Positions 38,160-51,699 are shown, numbered from the stretch's first letter. The stretch: DNA of 64,000 nt from Octopus sinensis (GCF_006345805.1 NC_043013.1:14012001-14076000); one strand, 5' to 3'. Numbers and translations are program-made. The notes: generated by a model not told the origin, from the letters alone.

Positions 38160-38880
38160 ACATTGTGATAAATAAAATAACAGAATAGTAAGGACGTTGA
38201 GTTTCTTACAATGCGAAAAAAGTCTAGAAAAACGAAAACATGGAATACGAACTTAATTTGCGAATAACGAAATAAATAAATGGAAAACAAGACAAGTAAC
38301 ATGAAAAAACGACCCTTCATCAGTTGTTGGCTGTTTTTCTACTTCGTATTTCGAACATTTCACAACAAAATACGTTTTCGACTTAACAGTTGCTCCCGCA
38401 AAGCAAATTAAATAAAATTTGAGATTTTGCGGAGGGTTAAGTTGGTAACAAAAACAAGACAGTGAAAACAAAGAGGAAGGGCTGTTAAGCCTAGACAAGT
38501 TGAGTTGGTGAACGCGGAGAAACAAGCTCTGACAGGAGACAGACAAGAATGCGCCCCAACTCTGTGACTGATAAGAGAGAAAGAAGGAAATTGAAGTTAG
38601 AAAAAGAAAGATGGCTGACGGTCATGTGCGAGCAATGAGAGAGCAAAGGTGGAAGAGTGAGGGAGAGAGAGGGACAGACAGAGAACGGCGAAGGGGAGAG
38701 GAAAAGAAGGAATGAGAGAGGAAAACGAAAGGGAGAGGAGATAAAATAAAAAGAATAGAGAATAGGTAACACATCTGCATCTATACTTAGTAGAGATAAA
38801 GACATCCCAAATATTATTTTAGCAAGTTTAAAGTGATTTCTTTTGTGCCATAAACCATTTACCATTTCTGAGGTTCCCCC
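38160..38880 (-). mobile_element. Penelope-like retroelement 3' remnant
   Basis: CTGATGAAGGGTCG half-core and T-rich tail on the minus strand; class is inference. Confidence 0.35.
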
Positions 38881-39483
38881 ATAAACAATCTTGTCCAGAT
38901 TTATGCCTCGAAGGTTAACTTTCTAGGTGCAATCCCATGGTCATTCATAACCGAAGGGGTTTTTTACCCTTTATATACATAGCCTTCGGTCAGAAACAAG
39001 TGTTCCTGACTGTTTTCTTATCTCCACATGATAAACTATCCCTTTCTTTCATGACATGTCAACTTTGAAGCTAATTTTAATTGCCATTTAATAATTATAA
39101 TACATCCTCAAGCAGCAGAGATAAGGTTCCAACTCTGCTTGCCACACCAGTTTATGCAAAGAATTTCCTCCTCCTCCTCCTCCGCCCCCTCCTCATCATC
39201 ATCCTCCGCCCCCTCCTTCTCTTCTTCTTCTTCTTCTTCTCCTTCTTCTTCTTCTTCTTCTTCTTCTTCTTCTTCTTCTTCTTCTTCTTCTTCTTCTAAT
39301 GTGGATTATTTACTCTTTGCCAAACCCACTTTATGGTGTGATTGTAGTAAAACAAGGATTTTCTACACCTGAGGAATTCCGTCATTGGTCTGAAACCCGA
39401 CAGTGTTGATAGCCCAGTATTTGGATTGAGTACTTCTCTAGAAATATCCTAACTTTAGACCCTACCAGGACCTAATACTTTGC

Positions 39484-39520
<37 letters not shown>

Positions 39521-39574
39521 ACACACACACACATACACACACACACACATAAATATGGACAGTAGTGCTACCAA

Positions 39575-40015
39575 TGTTATGTTAGTTAATTTTTTGGCTC
39601 AAAAAGCAAAAAGCAAGGCCATGTAGGGGGACATGGAGTTATGTACAGGGAGGGTGTTCATGCAAAGAGTTCAGGCCATTTCTGGTCAAGAGAGACTTTG
39701 AACTGAGCGGTCGTCGGTATCTTCACTATCTCGTCCGGCAGCTTATTCCATGGATCCGCAACCCAGACGGAGAAAGCTCCTCTCCTTTGATTGAGATGAA
39801 ATCGTCGCAGTAGTTTTCGGAGTGACGCCACAGCCCACGCTCTGGAGCAGGAGTGAAGAACAGCTCTTTCGAGAGGTTACACTTTCCGCTTATGATGTTG
39901 TGAGTGAGAATGAGATCACCACGGTGGTGGCGTTTTTCAAGAGAATAAAGGTCGAGCGTCTTCAGCCTTTCTTCATAAGACAAATGCTTGAGGCCAAGAA
40001 CCATGCGGGTAGCCA
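39575..40015 (-). pseudogene. CR1-clade LINE ORF2 C-terminus and 3' tail
   Basis: ATRMVLGLKHLSYEERLKTLDLYSLEKRHHRGDLI...RRGAFSVWVADPWNKLP. Confidence 0.88.
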
Positions 40016-40127
40016 GCTTCTGAACTCTTTCGAGATGATGTATGTCTTTGATGATGTATGTACGTTATGTTCTACAGGGAGTAAAAAATTGTGACCTGAA
40101 ATTAGTGTACCAATTGAATCATGGAAA

Positions 40128-40546
40128 TAGGGCCTACTGAATGGAATGGATGGCTGGAAATGCACAGCAGACCTTTCAGAATGGAAGAATCACCCCGATA
40201 TCTTTAACAAAAGTGTTATGAGACCAGACATTACACTCACCTTGCTTTCATCAAAATACGTGATTCTGTGCTATATGAAAGCAGAATGGAGGAAGCTCAC
40301 ATCTGCAATAATGAAAAATATGACTGTTTAGTTATGAGACTGTGAGAGAATCTCGTTTCCTAAAGTCCTCACCACAGAGGTTCCTGCGAAAATTTTGTGG
40401 GCAAATCTGCATTTGATCTCTTAAAGTAGCTCTCAGTTTCTGGGAGAAAAAGAACTGGAGCTGTTAGGGCAATAACAGAAACAGTTCAGAAGAGTTCCAA
40501 TTGGATCTGGTCAAAGAGGAATGGAAGTGAATTTACAAAGGCATAA
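40128..40546 (+). pseudogene. RLE-endonuclease non-LTR element C-terminus (HERO/NeSL-like)
   Basis: W.CTADL...MRPDI, YESRMEEAH...EKY and FVGKS...SS.WIWSKR across frameshifts. Confidence 0.65.
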
Positions 40547-41239
40547 TCTAACCTAGAGTTAACTGATTTCTTCAACTGACCTGGTTACAACACTCAAAGT
40601 ACCTTGAATCTGGGGTACCTTAACCATATAGGAGGGGTGTAATGCAGACAATGGTACAGAATGTGCCAGCAGAGAGGTATCCAGGAATCAAGACCTAGGT
40701 ACTGCCAGGTTCCCTAAGGTTGTAGGGAGTTAAAAGCCAAAACACCTGCACGAAGAAGTGGTGGAGAGGGCTTCTTCTTTGAAGATCTGTTCTGATCTCC
40801 ATAGAGCTTCTTGCTACACACCTATCTGTCTGTCTGCCTGCACGCCTGTCTGGCTGACAGACAGACAGGCAGACGTATGGTGCATGCATGCATGCATACA
40901 TACATACATACATACACACACACACACGCACACACACAAAACACACACACACACACATATATATACGAGCTGCCCCCACCCGTCAAATGGACGGTGCTGA
41001 GTTGTCAAATATTTAAACCAAATTTTCTCAAAACAACTTGTCTGACTGTCCCATAGGCACCCCCTTTGGGAAACACTTATTTAACCTAAATTTGAGACAC
41101 CAGCAAAAGAAGAAATAAAGATAGACTTTTTTTCTATTCCAAAGAAAAGCGATTTTATTCACACAAATATGCAACCGAAGAGTTTAAAGTACCAGTTATG
41201 ATAAGACTGTTGACTGGGAGAACACAAACATAGTTTAAA

Positions 41240-41491
41240 TAGTAAGCTTGGCAGGAAGGAAATTTGCCTTTAAGCAGTACAAAAACAACAAAAAATAGAA
41301 GGTGCAGTTATGTACAGGTTGACGGAAGAAAAGCAGGACAAAAACGGCTTTATGGATCGCATTCTCACCTGGAATCGATTTTTGTAACCCTGATACCATC
41401 GGTATCTACATATCAAATTTGAGCACAATTGGATGGAGGATGCCCGAGATACTAGAAGATACGCACAGACAGACAGAACGGATTTGATATA

Positions 41492-41530
<39 letters not shown>
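41240..41530 (-). mobile_element. Helitron-like 5'-end remnant
   Basis: ATCAAATTTGAGCACAATTGG...CACAGACAGACAGAACGGATTTGATATAATA resembles the other (CAGA)n ends; no 3' hairpin found. Confidence 0.35.
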
Positions 41531-41535
<5 letters not shown>

Positions 41536-41935
41536 TCAGTATCATCATCATTAAACGTCCACTTTCCATGCTAGCATGGGTTGGACGATTTGACTGAGGT
41601 CTGGCAAACCAGACTCCAATCTGATCTGGCAGAGTTTCTACAGCTGGATGCCCTTCCTAACACTAACCACTCAGGGAGTGTAGTGGGTGCTTTTATGTTC
41701 CACCGGCACAAGGGCTAGTTTGGTGGAACTGGCAACGGCCACGGCCAAATGGTGCTTTTTATGTGCCACCTGCACAGGAGCCAGTCCAGTGGCACTGGCG
41801 ACGACCTCGCTCGAATGTCTCACGTGCCACCAGCACAAGTGCTAGCAAGGCGACGCGGTAACGATCACGCTCGAATGGTGTGTTTAACGTGCCATCGGCT
41901 CGAAGGACAGCTTGTTGCTCTGGCAACGGTCTCAC
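41536..41935 (-). mobile_element. SINE family C with (GAT)n tail and internal ~63-bp repeats
   Basis: Sense strand carries GGAAGGGCATCCAGCTGTAGAAAC and CATGCTAGCATGGAAAG.GGACGTT.AA followed by (GAT)n. Confidence 0.85.
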
Positions 41936-41958
41936 TCGTATGGTACTCATATATATAT

Positions 41959-42195
41959 ATTTCTTTATTGCCCACAAGGGGCTAAACATAGAGGGGACAA
42001 ACAAGGACAGACAAATGGATTAAGTCGATTACATCAATCCCAGTACGTAACTGGTACTTAATTTATCGACCCCGAAAGGATGAAAGGCAAAGTCGACCTC
42101 GGCGGAATTTGAACTCACAACGTAACAGCAGACGAAATACGGCTACGCATTTGGCCCGGCGTGCTAACGTTTCTGCCAGCTTGCCGCCTTTTATA
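41959..42195 (-). mobile_element. SINE family B, full length, 15-bp TSD
   Basis: TACTCATATATATAT at 41944-41958 and 42196-42210. Confidence 0.9.
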
Positions 42196-42495
42196 TACTC
42201 ATATATATATTGCTAGCCACCCACAGTGAAACCTTTTATATATAAATCAGTGTAAATCCTGCTACCATTATTATTATTATGCCTGGTGCTTTCTGCTGCT
42301 GCCAGTTGTCCTGAGGTGGCTGAGTGGTGAAATGAAAACAGCATCTGTTATGGGTGACTCCCCCAGCCCTACCTTTCTTCTTGATTGCAAATACATCCAC
42401 TCACATGTACACACAAATACATCTACTCTTAAATACACCCATACACATATTCTTTCTATCTTTCTCGCTCGCTCTCTCTCTCTATTTATATATAT

Positions 42496-42526
<31 letters not shown>

Positions 42527-42586
42527 GCACCAGGCATAATAATAATATGTATACTATATATATATATAACATATGTATAACATAAT

Positions 42587-42623
<37 letters not shown>

Positions 42624-42665
42624 GTATATATATATATATATATACATATGTATACATATACATAC

Positions 42666-42721
<56 letters not shown>

Positions 42722-42921
42722 TATACGTGCATACATACATGCATATGGCATATACAGAGAGAGAGAAGGAGTACATCTCTCTCTCTCTCCCTCTCTCTTG
42801 CTCTGGAATATTTTGTGTGTGTGTGTTGTGTGTGTATAAAGATAGATAGATAAAGAGATAATATACGATTTCCATACTCATATTCACTCGAAACAACACT
42901 GGGTTAGGTACACGCGCACAC

Positions 42922-42961
<40 letters not shown>

Positions 42962-43227
42962 CAAACACATCCACACACGTACAAACACATCCACACACAC
43001 AGATTTGTACACTCAGACTTACATATGCACATGTACACAAGTACACACACACACATACATGATCATCCTCCCACCCATGCTCTTGCTACCCTGACTTCAC
43101 CTGCAGACCCCCCCACACCCGACACCTCTACCATCACATAAAGTAAATCTGTTGATGTTGATAAGATAGAGGGTTGGTGGGGTGGGAGAGACTGCCCCAT
43201 GTTAAACTCCTCAATTTCAAAAGCACT

Positions 43228-43259
<32 letters not shown>

Positions 43260-43438
43260 TACACACACACACACACACACATATGGCTAAGAGATGCTGA
43301 TGCTGATGGTTTTGATGGTGGGGATGATGAAGGTGGTGGTGGCAGTGGGGATGGCAATGGTAGTGATCATAGTGATGGTCATGTTAATAGTAGCAATGCT
43401 GGTGGTGATGATGGTAGTGTTGATAGTAGTAGTAGTAT

Positions 43439-43481
<43 letters not shown>

Positions 43482-44179
43482 TGTGGTGGTCATAGTTGGG
43501 TTGATAGAGTTGGTGATGATGTTGTTGACTGTATGTAATGCCAGTGATAATGTTAACAGTGGTGTTGGTGGTAGGTTGTGAGGATGGTGATGGTGGCAAG
43601 ATGATTGAGTTAATAGTAATGATGATGATGATAGTGATGCTGATGGTTGTGGTTGTAGTGGTTGTTGTGGCTGTGATGGTAATGATGATGGCCCTTTTCT
43701 AAACTCAATAAGAATGATTTACATGGAAAATTATAGTTCACTATAAGGTACAGGCATGGCGGTGTGGTAAGATGTTGCTATGGTCAGGGTGATGAACACC
43801 TTCTCAAAGGACATGTTTAGATATGCCTTCTAGGGCCCAGACCTAAGGGAAGTGTACAGCCCTGTCTGAGAGGAGGGGCTTTGTGCATAGTATTTATATA
43901 TATTATAGGTAATTATTGAACTATGCTGTTGTTTGTAATGGACTGTTAAGTCAAAAAATTGAAAAGTTGTAAAAGTTGTAAGAGGTTTAATACCTCGTTT
44001 TGTGTTTGGTTTTAAAGAACAATATTTTAGAAAAGCAAAAGTCGGCGGGCGCTTTTTGTCTTCTCCCATCCTTATCATCTTTCTTTCATTATCATTCATT
44101 TCACTAATGTCCTTGTCCAGCCCGCAAAGCTACTTTACTCTATGTACTACCTTTATGGCAAATGTAATGAAATAAAGAA

Positions 44180-44313
44180 GCTTGCTTCTCAACCACATGG
44201 TCCTTGGCTCAGTCCCATTGCATGGTTCCCTGAGCAAGTGTCTTTTGCTATAGTCTCAGGCTGACCAAAGCCTTGTAAGTAGATTTGGTAGACAGAAACT
44301 GAAATAAACCTAT

Positions 44314-44358
<45 letters not shown>

Positions 44359-44590
44359 ATGTTTGTCTTCATGTCTGTGTTTGTCCCCTATCATCGCTTG
44401 ACAACTGGTGTTGGTGTGTTTACATCCCTGTAACTTAGCAGTTCAGTAAAAGAAACTGATAGAATAAAAGTCTTAAAAGTCTTAAAAGAAAAAATAAGTA
44501 CTGAGGTTGATTCATTTGACTAAAAATTCAAGTTGGTGCCCCAGCATGGCCGCAGTCTAATGACTGAAACAAGTATAAGATGAAAGATAC
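44180..44590 (+). mobile_element. SINE family A, degraded
   Basis: Both halves present with internal (TA)n/(TG)n. Confidence 0.8.
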
Positions 44591-44750
44591 ATTGTAATAT
44601 GTAAGACATAAAGCAGAGTAGAGCAGAAGAGCTACAAGAAGTCATGTTTATATGTCAGAGTGATGAGTGATGAGGCCCATCTAGCAATCCTTAATAATGA
44701 CTGATGACTTGTGTAGTGTCTTTGTTTAAGGTTGCCAAGTGTTATATACT

Positions 44751-45158
44751 TATTTCTTTACCACCCACAAGGGGCTAAACACAGAGGGGACAAACAAGGA
44801 CAGACAAATGGATTAAGTCGATTACATCGACCCCAGTGCGTAACTGGTACTTAATTTATCGACCATGAAAGGATGAAAGACAAAGTCGACCTCGGTGGAA
44901 TTTGAACTCAGAACATAAAGACAAATGAAATACCTATTTCTTTACTACCCACAAGGGGCTAAACACAGAGGGGACAAACAGATTAAGTCGATTATATTGC
45001 CCCCAGTGCGTAACTGCTACTTAATTTATCGACCCTGAAAGGATGAAAGGCAAAGTCGACCTCGGCGGAATTTGAACTCAGAAGGTAACGGCAGACGAAA
45101 TACTGCTAAGCATTTCGTCCAGCGTGCTAACGTTTCTGCCAGCTCGCCGCCTTTTATA
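44751..45158 (-). mobile_element. SINE family B dimer inside a single 16-bp TSD
   Basis: CCAAGTGTTATATACT at 44735-44750 and 45159-45174; junction at 44927-44940. Confidence 0.92.
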
Positions 45159-45374
45159 CCAAGTGTTATATACTGTCAACCTCAGTTGCTCATCCATGAC
45201 CATCTTCAATCCAGTTGCAAGATCAAGTCAAGGCAACTGGGGATGGAAACTGATGTAGTGGATATCCTAAGATGTCTTGCCTCATCTTGCTCTTTACACT
45301 TCACAATACATTGTGGTAGTCACCTTCCCTTCTGGTGAACCATGAAGGTATCTTCTGCTGAGTAGAAGTTTTAG

Positions 45375-45808
45375 GCATAGGAGTGGCTGTGTGGTAAGTA
45401 GCTTGCTAACTAACCACATGGTTCCGGTTTCAGTCCCACTGCATGGCACCTTAGGCAAGTGTCTTCTGCTATAGCCTCGGGCCGACCAAAGCCTTGTGAG
45501 TGGATTTGGTAGATGGAAACTGAAAGAAGCCCATCATATATATATATGTGTGTGTGTGTATGTGTGTGTGTGTGTGTATGTATTGTGTGTGTCTGTGTTT
45601 GTCCCCCCCCCCCACTATTGCTTGACAATCAATGCTAGTGTGTTTATGTACCTGTAACTTAGCAGTTTGGCAAAAGAGAGCGAAAGAATAAGTACTAGGC
45701 TTACAAAGAATAAGTCTTGGGGTCATTTTCTTCAACTAAAACCCTTTAAGGTGGTGCTCCAGTATGGTCGCAGTCTAATGACTGAAACAAGTAAAAGAAT
45801 AAAAGAAT
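45375..45808 (+). mobile_element. SINE family A, full length
   Basis: Head, CORE-like segment and tail present. Confidence 0.88.
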
Positions 45809-45904
45809 TGGGACTCTGACTTCCGGTAATGTATAAGACCTGGAAACATCTTAGCAGTTGGTATGAAGCAGAGGTGACTACTAAGGTTAATTAAAGTGAG
45901 TTAA

Positions 45905-46124
45905 CCCTTTAGTATTCAGATGAATCTGTTAAATGTAATATTTTTTTACTCAAATTGGTTTGAATTAATAAAGCATTATCTTATAGCTTTGGGGTTTTAA
46001 TGATGTGATTGTTTATTTTTAGAATGTTAATGTAGGTTAGGTGTGAGAGGCTACATATCGCCCATTTGAATATAAAACATGTAGAATATTTGGGCTGGAT
46101 ATGGCCGGTTTAAACACTAAAGGG
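45905..46124. mobile_element. piggyBac-type MITE
   Basis: TTAA|CCCTTTAGT ... ACTAAAGGG|TTAA; a partial copy lies at 46841-46942. Confidence 0.75.
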
Positions 46125-46260
46125 TTAATTACATGCTTTATAATTTTATAAGGTTTATTAAACTGATTTAATTACTTTTTTTATAGTGTATTTTATAAGC
46201 ATTGTTTACACATGGTAACTACTAGATTAATTAAAATAGCTTAATTACTTTTATAGACTA

Positions 46261-46641
46261 CTAGCAGTATCGCCCGGCGTTGCTCAGGTTTGTAAGGGAA
46301 ATAACTATAAAGCATTTTTAGAGAGTTATAGCCAAAAAATAGCAAAAAAATGGAAAAAAATGATGGTAAATATTTTTTTGAGAGTCAAAAAAGGATGGAG
46401 TTGCGTCCCCTAGACTGTGGTTCGTGTTTCCGATTCTCGACCCCATGTCGAATTTATCGATTTTTTTCAGAACTGGGGAAACTTTTCAAAATTTTCGCTA
46501 AGTTAGTTTTCAATTATGACATTGGGCTATGTGTGTGTCAAGTTCATCAGAATCGGTTGAAAGCCGTGGTCAGGGTGAGGGTACGAGAAAACAGACACAC
46601 AGAAACACGCACAGACAAACTGCCGTTTATATAGAGAGAGA
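46261..46641 (-). mobile_element. Non-autonomous Helitron-like element with intact termini
   Basis: A|CTAG at 46261, hairpin remnant CCCGGCGTTGCTCAGG and GA|T at 46640-46642; flanked by a 70-bp direct repeat. Confidence 0.85.
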
Positions 46642-46945
46642 TTTTATAAGCATTGTTTACACATGGTAACTACTAGATTAATTAAAATAGCTTAATTACT
46701 TTTATAGACTATATTTTACGAGTACTTGTCATTTGCGTTGGTGGTGACAGCATATCAGGTGAACCCGTTATCAGAATAAAGTAAGAAGCAACATAAAAGA
46801 AAGAAAGAAAGAAAGACAGAAAGAAAGAAAGAATGCATATTTAACCTTTTAGCATTCAGATTACTCCATCAAATGCACTGGTTTGAATTAATCATGCATT
46901 ATCTTGGAGCTTTAAGATTTCAATGATGTGATTGTATATTTTTCA

Positions 46946-47126
46946 GTGCCGCCTGACTGGCGTCCGTGTTGGTGACACGTAAAAGCACCAACCGATCGTG
47001 GCCATTTGCCAGCCTCCTCTGGCCCCTGTGCCGGTGGCAATATAAAAAGCACCCGCTACACTCATGGAGTGGTTGGCATTAGGAAGTTGCATCCAGCTGT
47101 AGAAACACTGCCAGATCAGACTGGAG
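46946..47126 (+). mobile_element. SINE family C, partial
   Basis: GGTTGGCATTAGGAAGTTGCATCCAGCTGTAGAAACACTGCCAGATC. Confidence 0.8.
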
Positions 47127-48608
47127 ACGATTGCTAAGCTGATGTTTGAAACGTAAATTAACACGAAATTTGGAGAGACTGTTTTAATTTCGGTCCCATT
47201 AAAACTATGGAGTATCACTGAGCCAGGATTTGTCTCAGGTAGGTTGGTATCATAGGGCTCCAAAGTAGGGGGGGGGGGGACCACACAATGAGTATGATTC
47301 AAAATGAAGAATACTTCCAAAGGATCCACAAAGATAACCCCTACTTTTTTAGCAAGGAATCTTAGTCTTAAAATCTTGTTCTACTTCATTTAGTTGCATT
47401 TACATTCTCTGATCCTTTTCTGCAGAGACTTGTAGAAATATGGTCCACCATTAAAGAACTAACAAACCACACGTCTCTATCCTTAAATCTATTTTATTTT
47501 TTTTTTGTCTTTTTTCTTTCTTTCCTCATACTTTCTCTCACTCCCACCCCTTTCTCTTTCATTATGCTTGTATATACATATATATACTGTTTTTTAACCC
47601 TTTCCCTTCCATTTAGTCAGAGCTAAGAAAATGAGGATATGTTGCTTTCACCTTCTCTAATGTCACCATCACTACAACTCCTATCATGTTTATCTACTTA
47701 ATGACCCCTAAAGAAAACCTTATCACTGCTCTATATATATATATATAACCCCCTCCAGACCTAGATCCTTTCTCTGTCTCATTTAAATTTCATTTCATCC
47801 TTATCTCTTCTTTGGCTACTCTCTTTGAAAATTTTCTCTCCCTCCCATTTTTTTTTTTTACATACATGCTCGCACACAAGTAGTTTCACTCTTGTCCCGC
47901 TCACACTTTCTCCAACAAACTCACACATACAGCAAAATCCCTCATGCATATATATATATATATATATATACACAGACCCTCTCTTTCTCTCTCATACATA
48001 TGTATGTATGTGTGTGTGTTTCTCTGTCTCTGTCTCTTCCAACACACATTACACAGTCTCTCTCTCTCTTTCTCTCTCTCTTACACACACACACATACAA
48101 ACACACCGAAGCTAATTTTCTTTCTCCTCTCTCTCTATATTTCTTACATATTCTCTTTTCCTTTGCTCTTTGTTGATCTCTCAACCAAGCGATCATTTTT
48201 GTTATCACTTTCTGTCTATCCTTGTCCCCCTCCCTACTCCTCTCTTTGATTCACTCTTTTATCCACCACCCCCTCATCTTTGCTCTCTCTCTCTCTCTCT
48301 CTCTATCTCTGTAGCTTTGTCTCTACCCAACTGTTCCACTGCCTCTTAATCTATCTCAGACTTCTCAAAAGCTTCCAAATATAGCAGACAACCCAAAATA
48401 CACACTTTTTCTATGCCATCTGCTTATCAACCAACAACGGTTCCACCTGAAGTACAAAATAGAAAATACTCCATGTCACGCCCCCCCCCTCCTACCACAC
48501 ACACACACAGTCACCCTACCCTATCACTAATCACCAACTCTTCTCTGGTTCCTCTGATAAACTCATTCCTCCCACAACAAATGTACATATATGTATGTAT
48601 ATGTGTAC

Positions 48609-48640
<32 letters not shown>

Positions 48641-48769
48641 TTGTGTATATCTTTTATGTTTTACTTGTTTCAGAAGAATTTTCAGCCTATGAACTTTTTA
48701 GCAGACCCTTACATACATACATACATACATACATTCGTACATACATATGTGTGTGTGTATATATATATA

Positions 48770-49095
48770 TAAAATACAAAATGGGACAAGAACGCAAAAC
48801 ATCCGGACCACCAGGTGATACGAAAAGGTACAACAAAACATCCAGATAGACAATGCAAAAAAACAAGGACGGGTCATTCGAAGCCTTTTATCTTCAGTCA
48901 AGAACCAGATCATCCTTGCAATTTCGGCTGATTAATCTTGAGATTGCTCCAATCTGACCAGTACCAAGGAAAAACTAAGCTAAGAGCATTAGGTTCCTTG
49001 GAAGAAAGCATCGAATGTGTACAAAAACAAGGACGGAAAAGCAGACAATGTTACACGAATATAAATGCAAAAATACAATAAAAATAACAATAATG

Positions 49096-49128
<33 letters not shown>

Positions 49129-49240
49129 GGACATAACAACAGGCGTCTTTCGACTGGGGACAAATTGAATTCAGCTGGCGTGTGTGGAAGTGAAGCCTTA
49201 CAGCAGAGGGAAAATATCGATGTGGTAGTGACCGTGGATA
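48770..49240. mobile_element. Penelope-like terminal remnants, same family as 4610-4790
   Basis: Direct similarity to 4615-4770. Confidence 0.45.
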
Positions 49241-49245
49241 TATAT

Positions 49246-49337
<92 letters not shown>

Positions 49338-49749
49338 TATGTGAATCATATAATATTTTGAAAACAAAAAAGTTTGATATTTAATTTCATATATATGCTT
49401 GTGTATATATATGTGTGTATGTGTGAAATTGATAGACTAAATGCAATTTACAATAAAAATTTGCATTTTATTTTAATTAAAATACCAGCAACTTCAGAGC
49501 GAAACCTTTTACTATAGTTCACCTTCATTTAACATCTCTGACTGTCCCTCAATCCCACTCCTTTTGTTGTTTTTATTATATTCAAGACATTCTTGTTGTA
49601 CTACCTACAATGTAATCATGTCAGTGGCCAATTAACATTTCATGCAATGAAAAACTTTGACACCAAGTAATAAATATCATCATCATCATCATCATCGTTT
49701 AGCGTCCATTTTCCATGCTAGCATGGGTTGGACCAAATAATAAATGTTT

Positions 49750-50140
49750 AAGTGAAATTAGCCCACTTTGTGTGCTTTTGAATGGGTTACATGCGTTTCA
49801 GGCCCAGGATTTCTATTGAAAGGTGGGTGAATGTGGCAAATATGGCCTGTGGGAATTGGCCTACTCTGAACATATGCTTGTAAGGTCGAGAAGGGTCGAG
49901 AAGGAGTGAGGTGCCTGCCTAAGGTGCTTTTGGTGGTTGGGCTGAGCAGGATGTATAGGATTCCTTGGTTGCCCCCTGGGAGAAACTCCCTACCTTTTGG
50001 AGAGTTTTATTGTTAAATGTTTGTTGCTAATTGTTATTGTTTCATTTTATTTTTTTATGTATTATGCTAAGCCCCACTTGTCCCTTGTATTGTATCAACC
50101 CTTTTTGTTTTGTGTTCAGCCCTTGTGGCCAATAAAGAAA
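49750..50140 (+). mobile_element. Tx1/L1-like LINE 3' end, second subfamily
   Basis: IERWVNVANMAC...TLNICL* and tail TGTGTTCAGCCCTTGTGGCCAATAAAGAAA followed by (TTA)/(TCA)n. Confidence 0.65.
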
Positions 50141-50217
50141 AGCTTATTATTATTATCATCATCATCATCATCATCATCATCGACGTTATTATTATTATTA
50201 TTATTATTATTATTCTT

Positions 50218-50652
50218 AGGCGCAGGAATGGCTGTGTGGTAAGTAGCTTGCTTAACAACCACATGGTTCCAGGTTCGTTCCCACTGCATGGTGCCTTGGG
50301 CAAGTGTCTTCTACTATAGCCTCAGGCTGACCAAAGCCATGTGAGCGGATTTGGTAGACGGAAACTGAAAGAAGCCCGTCGTATATATGTATATATATGT
50401 ATTTATATGTATGTATGTGTGTATATGTTTGTGTGTCTGTGTTTGTCCCCCCCCCAACATCGCTTGACAACCGATGCTGGTGTGTTTACGTCCCCCGTAA
50501 CTTAGCGGTTCGGCAAAAGAGACCGATACAACAAGTACTAGGCTTACAAAGAATAAGTCCTGGGATCGATTTGCTCGATGAAAGGTGGTGCTCCAGCATG
50601 GCCACAGTCAAATGGCTGAAACAAGTAAAAAGAGTAAAAAAAAAAATAAAGA
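50218..50652 (+). mobile_element. SINE family A, full length
   Basis: GGCGCAGGAATGGCTGTGTGG head through to the GTAAAAGAG tail. Confidence 0.9.
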
Positions 50653-51103
50653 GTAAATCCTTTATTTATTGTAATCATGTGGGTTTCTATAAGAATGTGC
50701 GAGTGTTTATATGTGAATGTCTGTGTCCATATATGAATGTGTTGGTTTGTTTTGTATATGAATGGGATTGCTTCAATATGAGTAGGTTTAAGTATGAATG
50801 GGTGTGCCTGTATTATGGATGTGTGGATTGTGTATAGATATGTCTGCATTTGACTGGAGTCACAAAGGTGTGAATATTTTTTCTTTATGAGTTCAAGGTT
50901 TGAAATAATGAGAAAAGTGCAGTGGAGCAAGAAATATTTCAGCAACATTGTCACAAATTTAACGTGGGAATTCAAAAGAATAAAACTGCGTAGAATTCCA
51001 ATGGCATGATGCATACTTACCTAGACAAACGACATATATGTAAATAAAACATGTCAATATATAGTGAAATATAATACACACACACACACACACACACACA
51101 CAT

Positions 51104-51164
<61 letters not shown>

Positions 51165-51244
51165 AATGCACACTAACACTCGCACACAAAAATGTTTACA
51201 AGTAAAAGAATTTGAGCATTCCTTCAGTATTGGTCTTTATATAC

Positions 51245-51635
51245 AAGTGGCATGGCTGTGTGGTAAGAAGTTTACTTCGCAGCCATATAGTTCTAGGTTC
51301 AGTCTCACTGCGTAGCACCTTGGGCAAGTGTCTTCTCATATAGTCTCACAGGCTGACCAAAGCCTTGTGAGTGGATTTGGTTGACGGAAACTAAAAAGAA
51401 GCCTGGGATATATATATATGTGTGTATGTTTGTACCCCACCACTGCTTGACAACTGGAGTTGCCCCAGCATGGCCGCAGTATAATGGCTGAAACAAGTGA
51501 AAGATAAGAGATAAATAAATAAATTAATTAAAAATACAAGAGCTTGGTTGATTTGTTTGACTAAAAAATTCTTCAAGGCAGTGCTTCAGCATGGCCAGAG
51601 TCTAATGATTGAAGCAAGCAAAAGATAAAAGATAT
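51245..51635 (+). mobile_element. SINE family A, degraded or rearranged
   Basis: Head and duplicated tail pieces. Confidence 0.75.
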
Positions 51636-51638
51636 ATA

Positions 51639-51691
<53 letters not shown>

Positions 51692-51699
51692 CATCATCA

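Noticed and set aside
38305-38355. CUGAUGA half-core (similar one at 4180-4192)
   Set aside because: No GAAA after a closable stem II; a type II arrangement also fails to fold.
39930-39970. TTTC...TCTTCAG pattern
   Set aside because: Lies inside CR1 coding sequence; no 10.1-11.1 pair and no stem III.
43294-43581. Hydrophobic signal- or TM-like ORF
   Set aside because: Translation of (GTG/GTA/GAT)n.
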